Shown here one piece after another: positions 26,301 to 41,600 of a DNA stretch of 64,000 nucleotides. Position 1 is the stretch's first letter; every line of letters starts with the position of its first letter. The stretch lies in NCBI RefSeq assembly GCF_009914755.1, contig NC_060925.1. One strand, written 5' to 3'. A model generated the notes under the pieces. The model saw nothing but the letters and a program-made list of their open reading frames with translations, had not been told where the DNA came from and ran no database searches. The DNA comes from the human T2T-CHM13v2.0 reference genome, Homo sapiens. The translations under genes were made by a program, and so were the position numbers.

Positions 26301-29300
26301 TGGAATTGTCATCAAATGGAATTCAAAGGAATCATCATCAAATGGAACCGAATGGAATCCTCATTGAATGGAAATGAAAGGGGTCATCATCTAATGGAAT
26401 CGCATGGAATCATCATCAAATGGAATCGAATGGAATCATCATCAAATGGAATCTAATGGAATCATTGAACAGAATTGAATGGAATCGTCATAGAATGAAT
26501 TGAATGCAATCATCGAATGGTCTCGAATGGAATCATCTTCTAATGGAAAGGAATGGAATCATCGCATAGAATCGAATGGAATTATCATCGAATGGAATCG
26601 AATGGTATCAACACCAAACTGAAAAAAACGGAATTATCGAATGGAATCGAAGAGAATCTTCGAACGGACCCGAATGGAATCATCTAATGGAATGGAATGG
26701 AATAATCCATGGACTCGAATGCAATCATCATCGAATGGAATCGAATGGAATCATCGAATGGACTCGAATGGAATAATCATTGAACGGAATCGAATGGAAT
26801 CATCATCGGATGGAAACGAATGGAATCATCATCGAATGGAAATGAAAGGAGTCATCATCTAATGGAAATGCATGGAATCATCATAAAATGGAATCGAATG
26901 GAATCAACATCAAATGGAATCAAATGGAATCATTGAACGGAATTGAATGGAATCGTCATCGAATGAATTGAATGCAATCATCGAATGGTCTCGAATGCAA
27001 TCATCTTCAAATGGAATGGAATGGAATCATCGCATAGAATCGAATGGAATTATCATCGAATGGAATCGAATGGAATCAACATCAAACGGAAAAAAACGGA
27101 ATTATCGAATGGAATCGAAGAGAATCATCGAATGGACCCGAATGGAATCATCTAATGGAATGGAATGGAATAATCCATGGACTCGAATGCAATCATCATC
27201 GAATGGAATCGAATGGAATCATCGAATGGACTCGAATGGAATAATCATTGAACGGAAACGAATGGAATCATCATCGGATGGAAATGAATGGAATCATCAT
27301 CGAATAGAATCGAATAGAATTATGGAATGAAATCCAGTGTGATCATCATCGAATGGACCCGAATGGAATCATCATCCAACGGAAGCTAATGGAATCAACA
27401 TCGAATGAATCGAATGGAAACACCATCGAATTGAAACGAATGGAATTATCATGAAATTGAAATGGATGGACTCATCATCGAATGGATTCGAATGGAATCA
27501 TCGAATAAAATTGATTGAAATCATCATCGAATGGAATCGAATGGTATCATTGAATGGAATCGAATGGAATCATCATCAGATGGAAATGAATGGAATCGTC
27601 ATAGAATGGAATCGAATGGATTCATTGAATGGAATCAGATGGAATCATCGAATGGACTGGAATGGAATCATTGAATGGACTCGAAAGGGATCATGATTGA
27701 ATGGAATTGAATGGAATCATCGAATGGTCTCGATTGGAATCATTATCAAATGGAATCGAATGGAATCACCGAATAGAATCGAATGGAACAATCATCGAAT
27801 GGACTCAAATGGAATTATCCTCCAATGGAATCGAATGGAATTATCGAATGCAATCGAATGGAATTATCGAATGCAATCGAATAGAATCATCGAATGGACT
27901 CGAATGGAATCATCGAATGGAATGGAATGGAACAGTCAATGAACTCGAATGGAATCATCATTGAATGGAATCGAATGGAATCATCGAGTGGAATCGAATG
28001 GAATTATGATCAAATGGAATCGAATGTAATCATCATCAAATGGAATCAAAAATAACCATCATCAATTGGTATTGAATGGAATTGTCATCAAATGGAATTC
28101 AAAGGAATCATCATCAAATGGAACCGAATGGAATCCTCATTGAATGGAAATGAAAGGGGTCATCATCTAATGGAATCGCATGGAATCATCATCAAATGGA
28201 ATCGAACGGAATCATCATCAAATGGAATCTAATGGAATCATTGAACAGAATTGAATGGAATCGTCATCGAATGAATTGAATGCAATCATCGAATGGTCTC
28301 GAATGTAATCATCTTCTAATGGAAAGGAATGGAATCATCGCATAGAATCGAATGGAATTATCATCGAATGGAATCGAATGGTATCAACACCAAACGGAAA
28401 AAAACGGAATTATCGAATGGAATCGAAGAGAATCTTCGAACGGACCTGAATGGAATCATCTAATGGAATGGAATGGAATAATCCATGGACTCGAATGCAA
28501 TCATCATCGAATGGAATCGAATGGAATCATCGAATGGACTCGAATGGAATAATCATTGAACGGAATCGAATGGAATCATCATCGGATGGAAACGAATGGA
28601 ATCATCATCGAATGGAAATGAAAGGAGTCATCATCTAATGGAATTGCATGGAATCATCATAAAATGGAATCGAATGGAATCAACATCAAATGGAATCAAA
28701 TGGAATCATTGAACGGAATTGAATGGAATCGTCATCGAATGAATTGACTGCAATCATCGAATGGTCTCGAATGGAATCATCTTCAAATGGAATGGAATGG
28801 AATCATCGCATAGAATCGAATGGAAGTATCATCGAATGGAATCGAATGGAATCAACATCAAACGGAAAAAGCGGAATTATCGAATGGAATCGAAGAGAAT
28901 CATCGAATGGACCCGAATGGAATCATCTAATGGAATGGAATGGAATAATCCATGGTCTCGAATGCAATCATCATCGAATGGAATCGAATGGAATCATCGA
29001 ATGAACTCGAATGGAATCATCATTGAATGGAATCGAATGGAATCATCGAGTGGAATCGAATGGAATTATGATCAAATGGAATCGAATGTAATCATCATCA
29101 AATGGAATCAAAAATAACCATCATCAATTGGTATTGAATGGAATTGTCATCAAAAGGAATTCAAAGGAATCATCATCAAATGGAACCGAATGGAATCCTC
29201 ATTGAATGGAAATGAATGGGGTCATCATCTAACGGAATCGCATGGAATCATCATCAAATGGAATCGAATGGAATCATCATCAAATGGAATCTAATGGAAT

Positions 29301-29820
29301 CATTGAACAGAATTGAATGGAATCGTCATCGAATGAATTGAATGCAATCATCGAATGGTCTCGAATGGAATCATCTTCTAATGGAAAGGAATGGAATCAT
29401 CGCATAGAATCGAATGGAATTATCATCGAATGGAATCGAATGGTATCAACACCAAACGGAAAAAAACGGAATTATCGAATGGAATCGAAGAGAATCTTCG
29501 AACGGACCCGAATGGAATCATCTAATGGAATGGAATGGAATAATCCATGGACTCGAATGCAATCATCATCGAATGGAATCGAATGGAATCATCGAATGGA
29601 CTCGAATGGAATAATCATTGAACGGAAACGAATGGAATCATCATCGGATGGAAATGAATGGAATCATCATCGAATGGAATCGAATAGAATTATGGAATGA
29701 AATCCAGTGTGATCATCATCGAATGGACCCGAATGGAATCATCATCCAACGGAAGCTAATGGAATCAACATCGAATGAATCGAATGGAAACACCATCGAA
29801 TTGAAACGAATGGAATTATC

Positions 29821-32800
29821 ATGAAATTGAAATGGATGGACTCATCATCGAATGGATTCGAATGGAATCATCGAATAAAATTGATTGAAATCATCATCGA
29901 ATGGAATCGAATTGTATCATTGAATGGAATCGAATGGAATCATCATCAGATGGAAATGAATGGAATCGTCATAGAATGGAATCGAATGGATTCATTGAAT
30001 GGAATCAGATGGAATCATCGAATGGACTGGAATGGAATCATTGAATGGACTCGAAAGGGATCATGATTGAATGGAATTGAATGGAATCATCGAATGGTCT
30101 CGATTGGAATCATTATCAAATGGAATCGAATGGAATCACCGAATAGAATCGAATGGAACAATCATCGAATGGACTCAAATGGAATTATCCTCCAATGGAA
30201 TCGAATGGAATTATCGAATGCAATCGAATGGAATTATCGAATGCAATCGAATAGAATCATCGAATGGACTCGAATGGAATCATCGAATGGAATGGAATGG
30301 AACAGTCAATGAACTCGAATGGAATCATCATTGAATGGAATCGAATGGAATCATCGAGTGGAATCGAATGGAATTATGATCAAATGGAATCGAATGTAAT
30401 CATCATCAAATGGAATCAAAAATAACCATCATCAATTGGTATTGAATGGAATTGTCATCAAATGGAATTCAAAGGAATCATCATCAAGTGGAACCGAATG
30501 GAATCCTCATTGAATGGAAATGAAAGGGGTCATCATCTAATGGAATCGCATGGAATCATCATCAAATGGAATCGAATGGAATCATCATCAAATGGAATCT
30601 AATGGAATCATTGAACAGAATTGAATGGAATCGTCATCGAATGAATTGAATGCAATCATCGAATGGTCTCGAATGGAATCATCTTCTAATGGAAAGGAAT
30701 GGAATCATCGCATAGAATCGAATGGAATTATCATCGAATGGAATCGAATGGTATCAACACCAAACGGAAAAAAACGGAATTATCGAATGGAATCGAAGAG
30801 AATCTTCGAACGGACCCGAATGGAATCATCTAATGGAATGGAATGGAATAATCCATGGACTCGAATGCAATCATCATCGAATGGAATCGAATGGAGTCAT
30901 CGAATGGACTCGAATGGAATAATCATTGAACGGAATCGAATGGAATCATCATCGGATGGAAACGAATGGAATCATCATCGAATGGAAATGAAAGGAGTCA
31001 TCATCTAATGGAATTGCATGGAATCATCATAAAATGGAATCGAATGGAATCAACATCAAATGGAATCAAATGGAATCATTGAACGGAATTGAATGGAATC
31101 GTCATCGAATGAATTGACTGCAATCATCGAATGGTCTCGAATGGAATCATCTTCAAATGGAATGGAATGGAATCATCGCATAGAATCGAATGGAATTATC
31201 ATCGAATGGAATCGAATGGAATCAACATCAAACGGAAAAAAACAGAATTATCGTATGGAATCTAAGAGAATCATCGAATGGACCCGAATGGAATCATCTA
31301 ATGGAATGGAATGGAATAATCCATGGACTCGAATGCAATCATCATCGAATGGAATCGAATGGAATCATCGAATGGACTCGAATGGAATAATCATTGAACG
31401 GAATAGAATGGAATCATCATCGGATGGAAATGAATGGAATCATCATCGAATGGAATCGAATAGAATTATGGAATGAAATCCAGTGTGATCATCATCGAAT
31501 GGACCCGAATGGAATCATCATCCAACGGAAGCTAATGGAATCAACATCGAATGAATCGAATGGAAACACCATCGAATTGAAACGAATGGAATTATCATGA
31601 AATTGAAATGGATGGACACATCATCGAATGGATTCGAATGGAATCATCGAAGAAAATTGATTGAAATCATCATCAAATGGAATCGAATGGTATCATTGAA
31701 AGGAATCGAATGGAATCATCATCAGATGGAAATGAATGGAATCGTCATAGAATGGAATCGAATGGATTCATTGAATGGAATCAGATGGAATCATCGAATG
31801 GACTGGAATGGAATCATTGAATGGACACGAAAGGGATCATTATTGAATGGAATTGAATGGAATCATCGAATGTTCTCGATTGGAATCATTATCAAATGGA
31901 ATCGAATGGAATCACCGAATAGAATCGAATGGAACAATCATGGAATGGACTCAGATGGAATTATCCTCAAATGGAATCGAATGGAATTATCGAATGCAAT
32001 CGAATGGAATTATCGAATGCAATCGAATAGAATCATCGAATGGACTCGAATGGAATCATCGAATGGAATGGAATGGAACAGTCAATGAACTCGAATGGAA
32101 TCATCATTGAATGGAATCGAATGGAATCATCGAGTGGAATCGAATGGAATTATGATCAAATGGAATCGAATGTAATCATCATCAAATGGAATCAAAAATA
32201 ACCATCATCAATTGGTATTGAATGGAATTGTCATCAAATGGAATTCAAAGGAATCATCATCAAGTGGAACCGAATGGAATCCTCATTGAATGGAAATGAA
32301 AGGGGTCATCATCTAATGGAATCGCATGGAATCATCATCAAATGGAATCGAATGGAATCATCATCAAATGGAATCTAATGGAATCATTGAACAGAATTGA
32401 ATGGAATCGTCATCGAATGAATTGAATGCAATCATCGAATGGTCTCGAATGGAATCATCTTCTAATGGAAAGGAATGGAATCATCGCATAGAATCGAATG
32501 GAATTATCATCGAATGGAATCGAATGGTATCAACACCAAAAGGAAAAAAACGGAATTATCGAATGGAATCGAAGAGAATCTTCGAACGGACCCGAATGGA
32601 ATCATCTAATGGAATGGAATGGAATAATCCATGGACTCGAATGCAATCATCATCTAATGGAATCGAATGGAGTCATCGAATGGACTCGAATGGAATAATC
32701 ATTGAACGGAATCGAATGGAATCATCATCGGATGGAAACGAATGGAATCATCATCGAATGGAAATGAAAGGAGTCATCATCTAATGGAATTGCATGGAAT

Positions 32801-35800
32801 CATCATAAAATGGAATCGAATGGAATCAACATCAAATGGAATCAAATGGAATCATTGAACGGAATTGAATGGAATCGTCATCGAATGAATTGACTGCAAT
32901 CATCGAATGGTCTCGAATGGAATCATCTTCAAATGGAATGGAATGGAATCATCGCATAGAATCGAATGGAATTATCATCGAATGGAATCGAATGGAATCA
33001 ACATCAAACGGAAAAAAACAGAATTATCGTATGGAATCTAAGAGAATCATCGAATGGACCCGAATGGAATCATCTAATGGAATGGAATGGAATAATCCAT
33101 GGACTCGAATGCAATCATCATCGAATGGAATCGAATGGAATCATCGAATGGACTCGAATGGAATAATCATTGAACGGAATAGAATGGAATCATCATCGGA
33201 TGGAAATGAATGGAATCATCATCGAATGGAATCGAATACAATTATGGAAGGAAATCCAGTGTGATCATCATCGAATGGACCCGAATGGAATCATCATCCA
33301 ACGGAAGCTAATGGAATCAACATCGAATGAATCGAATGGAAACACCATCGAATTGAAACGAATGGAATTATCATGAAATTGAAATGGATGGACTCATCAT
33401 CGAATGGATTCGAATGGATAAAATTGATTGAAATCATCATCAAATGGAATCGAATGGTATCATTGAATGGAATCGAATGGAATCATCATCAGATGGAAAT
33501 GAATGGAATCGTCATAGAATGGAATCGAATGGATTCATTGAATGGAATCAGATGGAATCATCGAATGGACTGGAATGGAATCATGGAATGGACTCGAAAG
33601 GGATCATTATTGAATGGAATTGAATGGAATCATCGAATGGTCTCGATTGGAATCATTATCAAATGGAATCGAATGGAATCACCGAATAGAATCGAATGGA
33701 ACAATCATCGAATGGACTCAAATGGAATTATCCTCCAATGGAATCGAATGGAATTATCGAATGCAATCGAATGGAATTATCGAATGCAATCGAATAGAAT
33801 CATCGAAAGGACTCGAATGGAATCATCGAATGGAATGGAATGGAACAGTCAATGAACTCGAATGGAATCATCATTGAATGGAATCGAATGGAATCATCGA
33901 GTGGAATTGAATGGAATTATGATCAAATGGAATCGAATGTAATCATCATCAAATGGAATCAAAAATAACCATCATCAATTGGTATTGAATGGAATTGTCA
34001 TCAAATGGAATTCAAAGGAATCATCATCAAATGGAACCGAATGGAATCCTCATTGAATGGAAATGAAAGGGGTCATCATCTAATGGAATCGCATGGAATC
34101 ATCATCAAATGGAATCGAATGGAATCATCATCAAATGGAATCTAATGGAATCATTGAACAGAATTGAATGGAATCGTCATCGAATGAATTGAATGCAATC
34201 ATCGAATGGTCTCGAATGGAATCATCTTCTAATGGAAAGGAATGGAATCATCGCATAGAATCGAATGGAATTATCATCGAATGGAATCGAATGGTATCAA
34301 CACCAAACGGAAAAAAACGGAATTATCGAATGGAATCGAAGAGAATCTTCGAACGGACCCGAATGGAATCATCTAATGGAATGGAATGGAATAATCCATG
34401 GACTCGAATGCAATCATCATCGAATGGAATCGAATGGAATCATCGAATGGACTCGAATGGAATAATCATTGAACGGAATCGAATGGAATCATCATCGGAT
34501 GGAAACGAATGGAATCATCATCGAATGGAAATGAAAGGAGTCATCATCTAATGGAATTGCATGGAATCATCATAAAATGGAATCGAATGGAATCAACATC
34601 AAATGGAATCAAATGGAATCATTGAACGGAATTGAATGGAATCGTCATCGAATGAATTGACTGCAATCATCGAATGGTCTCGAATGGAATCATCTTCAAA
34701 TGGAATGGAATGGAATCATCGCATAGAATCGAATGGAATTATCATCGAATGGAATCGAATGGAATCAACATCAAACGGAAAAAAACAGAATTATCGTATG
34801 GAATCGAAGAGAATCATCGAAGGGACCCGAATGGAATCATCTAATGGAATGGAATGGAATAATCCATGGACTCGAATGCAATCATCATCGAATGGAATCG
34901 AATGGAATCATCGAATGGACTCGAATGGAATAATCATTGAACGGAATCGAATGGAATCATCATCGGATGGAAATGAATGGAATCATCATCGAATGGAATC
35001 GAATAGAATTATGGAATGAAATCCAGTGTGATCATCATCGAATGGACCCGAATGGAATCATCATCCAACGGAAGCTAATGGAATCAACATCGAATGAATC
35101 GAATGGAAACACCATCGAATTGAAACGAATGGAATTATCATGAAATTGAAATGGATGGACTCATCATCGAATGGATTCGAATGGAATCATCGAATAAAAT
35201 TGATTGAAATCATCATCCAATGGAATCGAATGGTATCATTGAATGGAATCGAATGGAATCATCATCAGATGGAAATGAATGGAATCGTCATAGAATGGAA
35301 TCGAATGGATTCATTGAATGGAATCAGATGGAATCATCGAATGGACTGGAATGGAATCATTGAATGGACTCGAAAGGGATCATTATTGAATGGAATTGAA
35401 TGGAATCATCGAATGGTCTCGATTGGAATCATTATCAAATGGAATCGAATGGAATCACCGAACAGAATCGAATGGAACAATCATCGAATGGACTCAAATG
35501 GAATTATCCTCAAATGGAATCGAATGGAATTATCGAATGCAATCGAATGGAATTATCGAATGCAATCGAATAGAATCATCGAATGGACTCGAATGGAATC
35601 ATCGAATGGAATGGAATGGAACAGTCAATGAACTCGAATGGAATCATCATTGAAAGGAATCGAATGGAATCATCGAGTGGAATCGAATGGAATTATGATC
35701 AAATGGAATCGAATGTAATCATCATCAAATGGAATCAAAAATAACCATCATCAATTGGTATTGAATGGAATTGTCATCAAATGGAATTCAAAGGAATCAT

Positions 35801-38691
35801 CATCAAATGGAACCGAATGGAATCCTCATTGAATGGAAATGAAAGGGGTCATCATCTAATGGAATCGCATGGAATCATCATCAAATGGAATCGAATGGAA
35901 TCATCATCAAATGGAATCTAATGGAATCATTGAACAGAATTGAATGGAATCGTCATCGAATGAATTGAATGCAATCATCGAATGGTCTCGAATGGAATCA
36001 TCTTCTAATGGAAAGGAATGGAATCATCGCATAGAATCGAATGGAATTATCATCGAATGGAATCGAATGGTATCAACACCAAACGGAAAAAAACGGAATT
36101 ATCGAATGGAATCGAAGAGAATCTTCGAACGGACCCGAATGGAATCATCTAATGGAATGGAATGGAATAATCCATGGACTCGAATGCAATCATCATCGAA
36201 TGGAATCGAATGGAATCATCGAATGGACTCGAATGGAATAATCATTGAACGGAATCGAATGGAATCATCGTCGGATGGAAACGAATGGAATCATCATCGA
36301 ATGGAAATGAAAGGAGTCATCATCTAATGGAATTGCATGGAATCATCATAAAATGGAATCGAATGGAATCAACATCAAATGGAATCAAATGGAATCATTG
36401 AACGGAATTGAATGGAATCGTCATCGAATGAATTGACTGCAATCATCGAATGGTCTCGAATGGAATCATCTTCAAATGGAATGGAATGGAATCATCGCAT
36501 AGAATCGAATGGAATTATCATCGAATGGAATCGAATGGAATCAACATCAAACGGAAAAAAACGGAATTATCGAATGGAATCGAAGAGAATCATCGAATGG
36601 ACCCGAATGGAATCATCTAATGGAATGGAATGGAATAATCCATGGACTCGAATGCAATCATCATCGAATGGAATCGAATGGAATCATCGAATGGACTCGA
36701 ATGGAATAATCATTGAACGGAATCGAATGGAATCATCATCGGATGGAAATGAATGGAATCATCATCGAATGGAATCGAATAGAATTATGGAATGAAATCC
36801 AGCGTGATCATCATCGAATGGACCCGAATGGAATCATCATCCAACGGAAGCTAATGGAATCAACATCGAATGAATCGAATGGAAACACCATCGAATTGAA
36901 ACGAATGGAATTATAATGAAATTGAAATGGATGGACTCATCATCGAATGGATTCGAATGGAATCATCGAATAAAATTGATTGAAATCATCATCCAATGGA
37001 ATCGAATGGTATCATTGAATGGAATGGAATGGAATCATCATCAGATGGAAATGAATGGAATCGTCATAGAATGGAATCGAATGGATTCATTGAATGGAAT
37101 CAGATGGAATCATCGAATGGACTGGAATGGAATCATTGAATGGACTCGAAAGGGATCATGATTGAATGGAATTGAATGGAATCATCGAATGGTCTCGATT
37201 GGAATCATTATCAAATGGAATCGAATGGAATCACCGAATAGAATCGAATGGAACAGTCATCGCATGGACTCAAATGGAATTATCCTCAAATGGAATCGAA
37301 TGGAATTATCGAATGCAATCGAATGGAATTATCGAATGCAATCGAATAGAATCATCGAATGGACTCGAATGGAATCATCGAATGGAATGGAATGGAACAG
37401 TCAATGAACTCGAATGGAATCATCATTGAATGGAATCGAATGGAATCATCGAGTGGAATCGAATGGAATTATGATCAAATGGAATCGAATGTAATCATCA
37501 TCAAATGGAATCAAAAATAACCATCATCAATTGGTATTGAATGGAATTGTCATCAAATGGAATTCAAAGGAATCATCATCAAATGGAACCGAATGGAATC
37601 CTCATTGAATGGAAATGAAAGGGGTCATCATCTAATGGAATCGCATGGAATCATCATCAAATGGAATCGAATGGAATCATCATCAAATGGAATCTAATGG
37701 AATCATTGAACAGAATTGAATGGAATCGTCATCGAATGAATTGAATGCAATCATCGAATGGTCTCGAATGGAATCATCTTCTAATGGAAAGGAATGGAAT
37801 CATCGCATAGAATCGAATGGAATTATCATCGAATGGAATCGAATGGTATCAACACCAAACGGAAAAAAACGGAATTATCGAATGGAATCGAAGAGAATCT
37901 TCGAACGGACCCGAATGGAATCATCTAATGGAATGGAATGGAATAATCCATGGACTCGAATGCAATCATCATCGAATGGAATCGAATGGAATCATCGAAT
38001 GGACTCGAATGGAATAATCATTGAACGGAATCGAATGGAATCATCATCGGATGGAAACGAATGGAATCATCATCGAATGGAAATGAAAGGAGTCATCATC
38101 TAATGGAATTGCATGGAATCATCATAAAATGGAATCGAATGGAATCAACATCAAATGGAATCAAATGGAATCATTGAACGGAATTGAATGGAATCGTCAT
38201 CGAATGAATTGACTGCAATCATCGAATGGTCTCGAATGGAATCATCTTCAAATGGAATGGAATGGAATCATCGCATAGAATCGAATGGAATTATCATCGA
38301 ATGGAATCGAATGGAATCAACATCAAACGGAAAAAAACGGAATTATCGAATGGAATCGAAGAGAATCATCGAATGGACCCGAATGGAATCATCTAATGGA
38401 ATGGAATGGAATAATCCATGGACTCGAATGCAATCATCATCGAATGGAATCGAATGGAATCATCGAATGGACTCGAATGGAATAATCATTGAACGGAATC
38501 GAATGGAATCATCATCGGATGGAAATGAATGGAATCATCATCGAATGGAATCGAATAGAATTATGGAATTAAATCCAGTGTGATCATCATCGAATGGACC
38601 CGAATGGAATCATCATCCAACGGAAGCTAATGGAATCAACATCGAATGAATCAAGTGGAAACACCATCGAATTGAAACGAATGGAATTATC
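29821..38691 (+). repeat. Longest run of canonical units (5 consecutive: 1776, 1776, 1767, 1776, 1776)
   Basis: Landmark starts at 29821, 31597, 33373, 35140, 36916 and 38692. A 9-bp deletion near 33418 accounts for the 1767-bp unit. Confidence 0.9.
35833..36768 (+). repeat. Internal 468-bp tandem duplication (modules A and A') within each 1,776-bp unit (example copy)
   Basis: ATGGAAATGAAAGG(G/A)GTCATCATCTAATGG occurs at 35833 and 36301. Paired MESSSNEL ORF starts lie 468 bp apart throughout (16233/16701, 35944/36412, 62249/62717). Diagnostic A vs A' differences: TTCTAATGGAAAGG vs TTCAAATGGAATGG, GGTATCAACACC vs GGAATCAACATC, CTTCGAACGG vs CATCGAATGG. Confidence 0.93.
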
Positions 38692-41600
38692 ATGAAATTG
38701 AAATGGATGGACTCATCATCGAATGGATTCGAATGGAATCATCGAATAAAATTGATTGAAATCATCATCGAATGGAATCGAATGGTATCATTGAATGGAA
38801 TCGAATGGAATCATCATCAGATGGAAATGAATGGAATCGTCATAGAATGGAATCGAATGGATTCATTGAATGGAATCAGATGGAATCATCGAATGGACTG
38901 GAATGGAATCATTGAATGGACTCGAAAGGGATCATGATTGAATGGAATTGAATGGAATCATCGAATGGTCTCGATTGGAATCATTATCAAATGGAATCGA
39001 ATGGAATCACCGAATAGAATCGAATGGAACAATCATCGAATGGACTCAAATGGAATTATCCTCAAATGGAATCGAATGGAATTATCGAATGCAATTGAAT
39101 GGAATTATCGAATGCAATCGAATAGAATCATCGAATGGACTCGAATGGAATCATCGAATGGAATGGAATGGAACAGTCAATGAACTCGAATGGAATCATC
39201 ATTGAATGGAATCGAATGGAATCATCGAGTGGAATCGAATGGAATTATGATCAAATGGAATCGAATGTAATCATCATCAAATGGAATCAAAAATAACCAT
39301 CATCAATTGGTATTGAATGGAATTGTCATCAAATGGAATTCAAAGGAATCATCATCAAATGGAACCGAATGGAATCCTCATTGAATGGAAATGAAAGGGG
39401 TCATCATCTAATGGAATCGCATGGAATCATCATCAAATGGAATCGAATGGAATCATCATCAAATGGAATCTAATGGAATCATTGAACAGAATTGAATGGA
39501 ATCGTCATCGAATGAATTGAATGCAATCATCGAATGGTCTCGAATGGAATCATCTTCTAATGGAAAGGAATGGAATCATCGCATAGAATCGAATGGAATT
39601 ATCATCGAATGGAATCGAATGGTATCAACACCAAACGGAAAAAAACGGAATTATCGAATGGAATCGAAGAGAATCTTCGAACGGACCCGAATGGAATCAT
39701 CTAATGGAATGGAATGGAATAATCCATGGACTCGAATGCAATCATCATCGAATGGAATCGAATGGAATCATCGAATGGACTCGAATGGAATAATCATTGA
39801 ACGGAATCGAATGGAATCATCATCGGATGGAAACGAATGGAATCAACATCGAATTGAAATGAAAGGAGTCATCATCTAATGGAATTGCATGGAATCATCA
39901 TAAAATGGAATCGAATGGAATCAACATCAAATGGAATCAAATGGAATCATTGAACGGAATTGAATGGAATCGTCATCGAATGAATTGACTGCAATCATCG
40001 AATGGTCTCGAATGGAATCATCTTCAAATGGAATGGAATGGAATCATCGCATAGAATCGAATGGAATTATCATCGAATGGAATCGAATGGAATCAACATC
40101 AAACGGAAAAAAACGGAATTATCGAATGGAATCGAAGAGAATCATCGAATGGACCCAAATGGAATCATCTAATGGAATGGAATGGAATAATCCATGGACT
40201 CGAATGCAATCATCATCGAATGGAATCGAATGGAATCATCGAATGAACTCGAATGGAATCATCATTGAATGGAATCGAATGGAATCATCGAGTGGAATCG
40301 AATGGAATTATGATCAAATGGAATCGAATGTAATCATCATCAAATGGAATCAAAAATAACCATCATCAATTGGTATTGAATGGAATTGTCATCAAATGGA
40401 ATTCAAAGGAATCATCATCAAATGGAACCGAATGGAATCCTCATTGAATGGAAATGAAAGGGGTCATCATCTAATGGAATCGCATGGAATCATCATCAAA
40501 TGGAATCGAATGGAATCATCATCAAATGGAATCTAATGGAATCATTGAACAGAATTGAATGGAATCGTCATCGAATGAATTGAATGCAATCATCGAATGG
40601 TCTCGAATGGAATCATCTTCTAATGGAAAGGAATGGAATCATCGCATAGAATCGAATGGAATTATCATCGAATGGAATCGAATGGTATCAACACCAAACT
40701 GAAAAAAACGGAATTATCGAATGGAATCGAAGAGAATCTTCGAACGGACCCGAATGGAATCATCTAATGGAATGGAATGGAATAATCCATGGACTCGAAT
40801 GCAATCATCATCGAATGGAATCGAATGGAATCATCGAATGGACTCGAATGGAATAATCATTGAACGGAATCGAATGGAATCATCATCGGATGGAAACGAA
40901 TGGAATCATCATCGAATGGAAATGAAAGGAGTCATCATCTAATGGAAATGCATGGAATCATCATAAAATGGAATCGAATGGAATCAACATCAAATGGAAT
41001 CAAATGGAATCATTGAACGGAATTGAATGGAATCGTCATCGAATGAATTGAATGCAATCATCGAATGGTCTCGAATGGAATCATCTTCAAATGGAATGGA
41101 ATGGAATCATCGCATAGAATCGAATGGAATTATCATCGAATGGAATCGAATGGAAACAACATCAAACGGAAAAAAACGGAATTATCGAATGGAATCGAAG
41201 AGAATCATCGAATGGACCCGAATGGAATCATCTAATGGAATGGAATGGAATAATCCATGGACTCGAATGCAATCATCATCGAATGGAATCGAATGGAATC
41301 ATCGAATGGACTCGAATGGAATAATCATTGAACGGAAACGAATGGAATCATCATCGGATGGAAATGAATGGAATCATCATCGAATAGAATCGAATAGAAT
41401 TATGGAATGAAATCCAGTGTGATCATCATCGAATGGACCCGAATGGAATCATCATCCAACGGAAGCTAATGGAATCAACATCGAATGAATCGAATGGAAA
41501 CACCATCGAATTGAAACGAATGGAATTATCATGAAATTGAAATGGATGGACTCATCATCGAATGGATTCGAATGGAATCATCGAATAAAATTGATTGAAA

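Noticed and set aside
35520-35615. 23-bp tandem repeat CGAATGGAATTATCGAATGCAAT x2 plus degenerate copies as a separate minisatellite
   Set aside because: This is the known 23/26-bp basic periodicity of satellite II and is present in every full unit.
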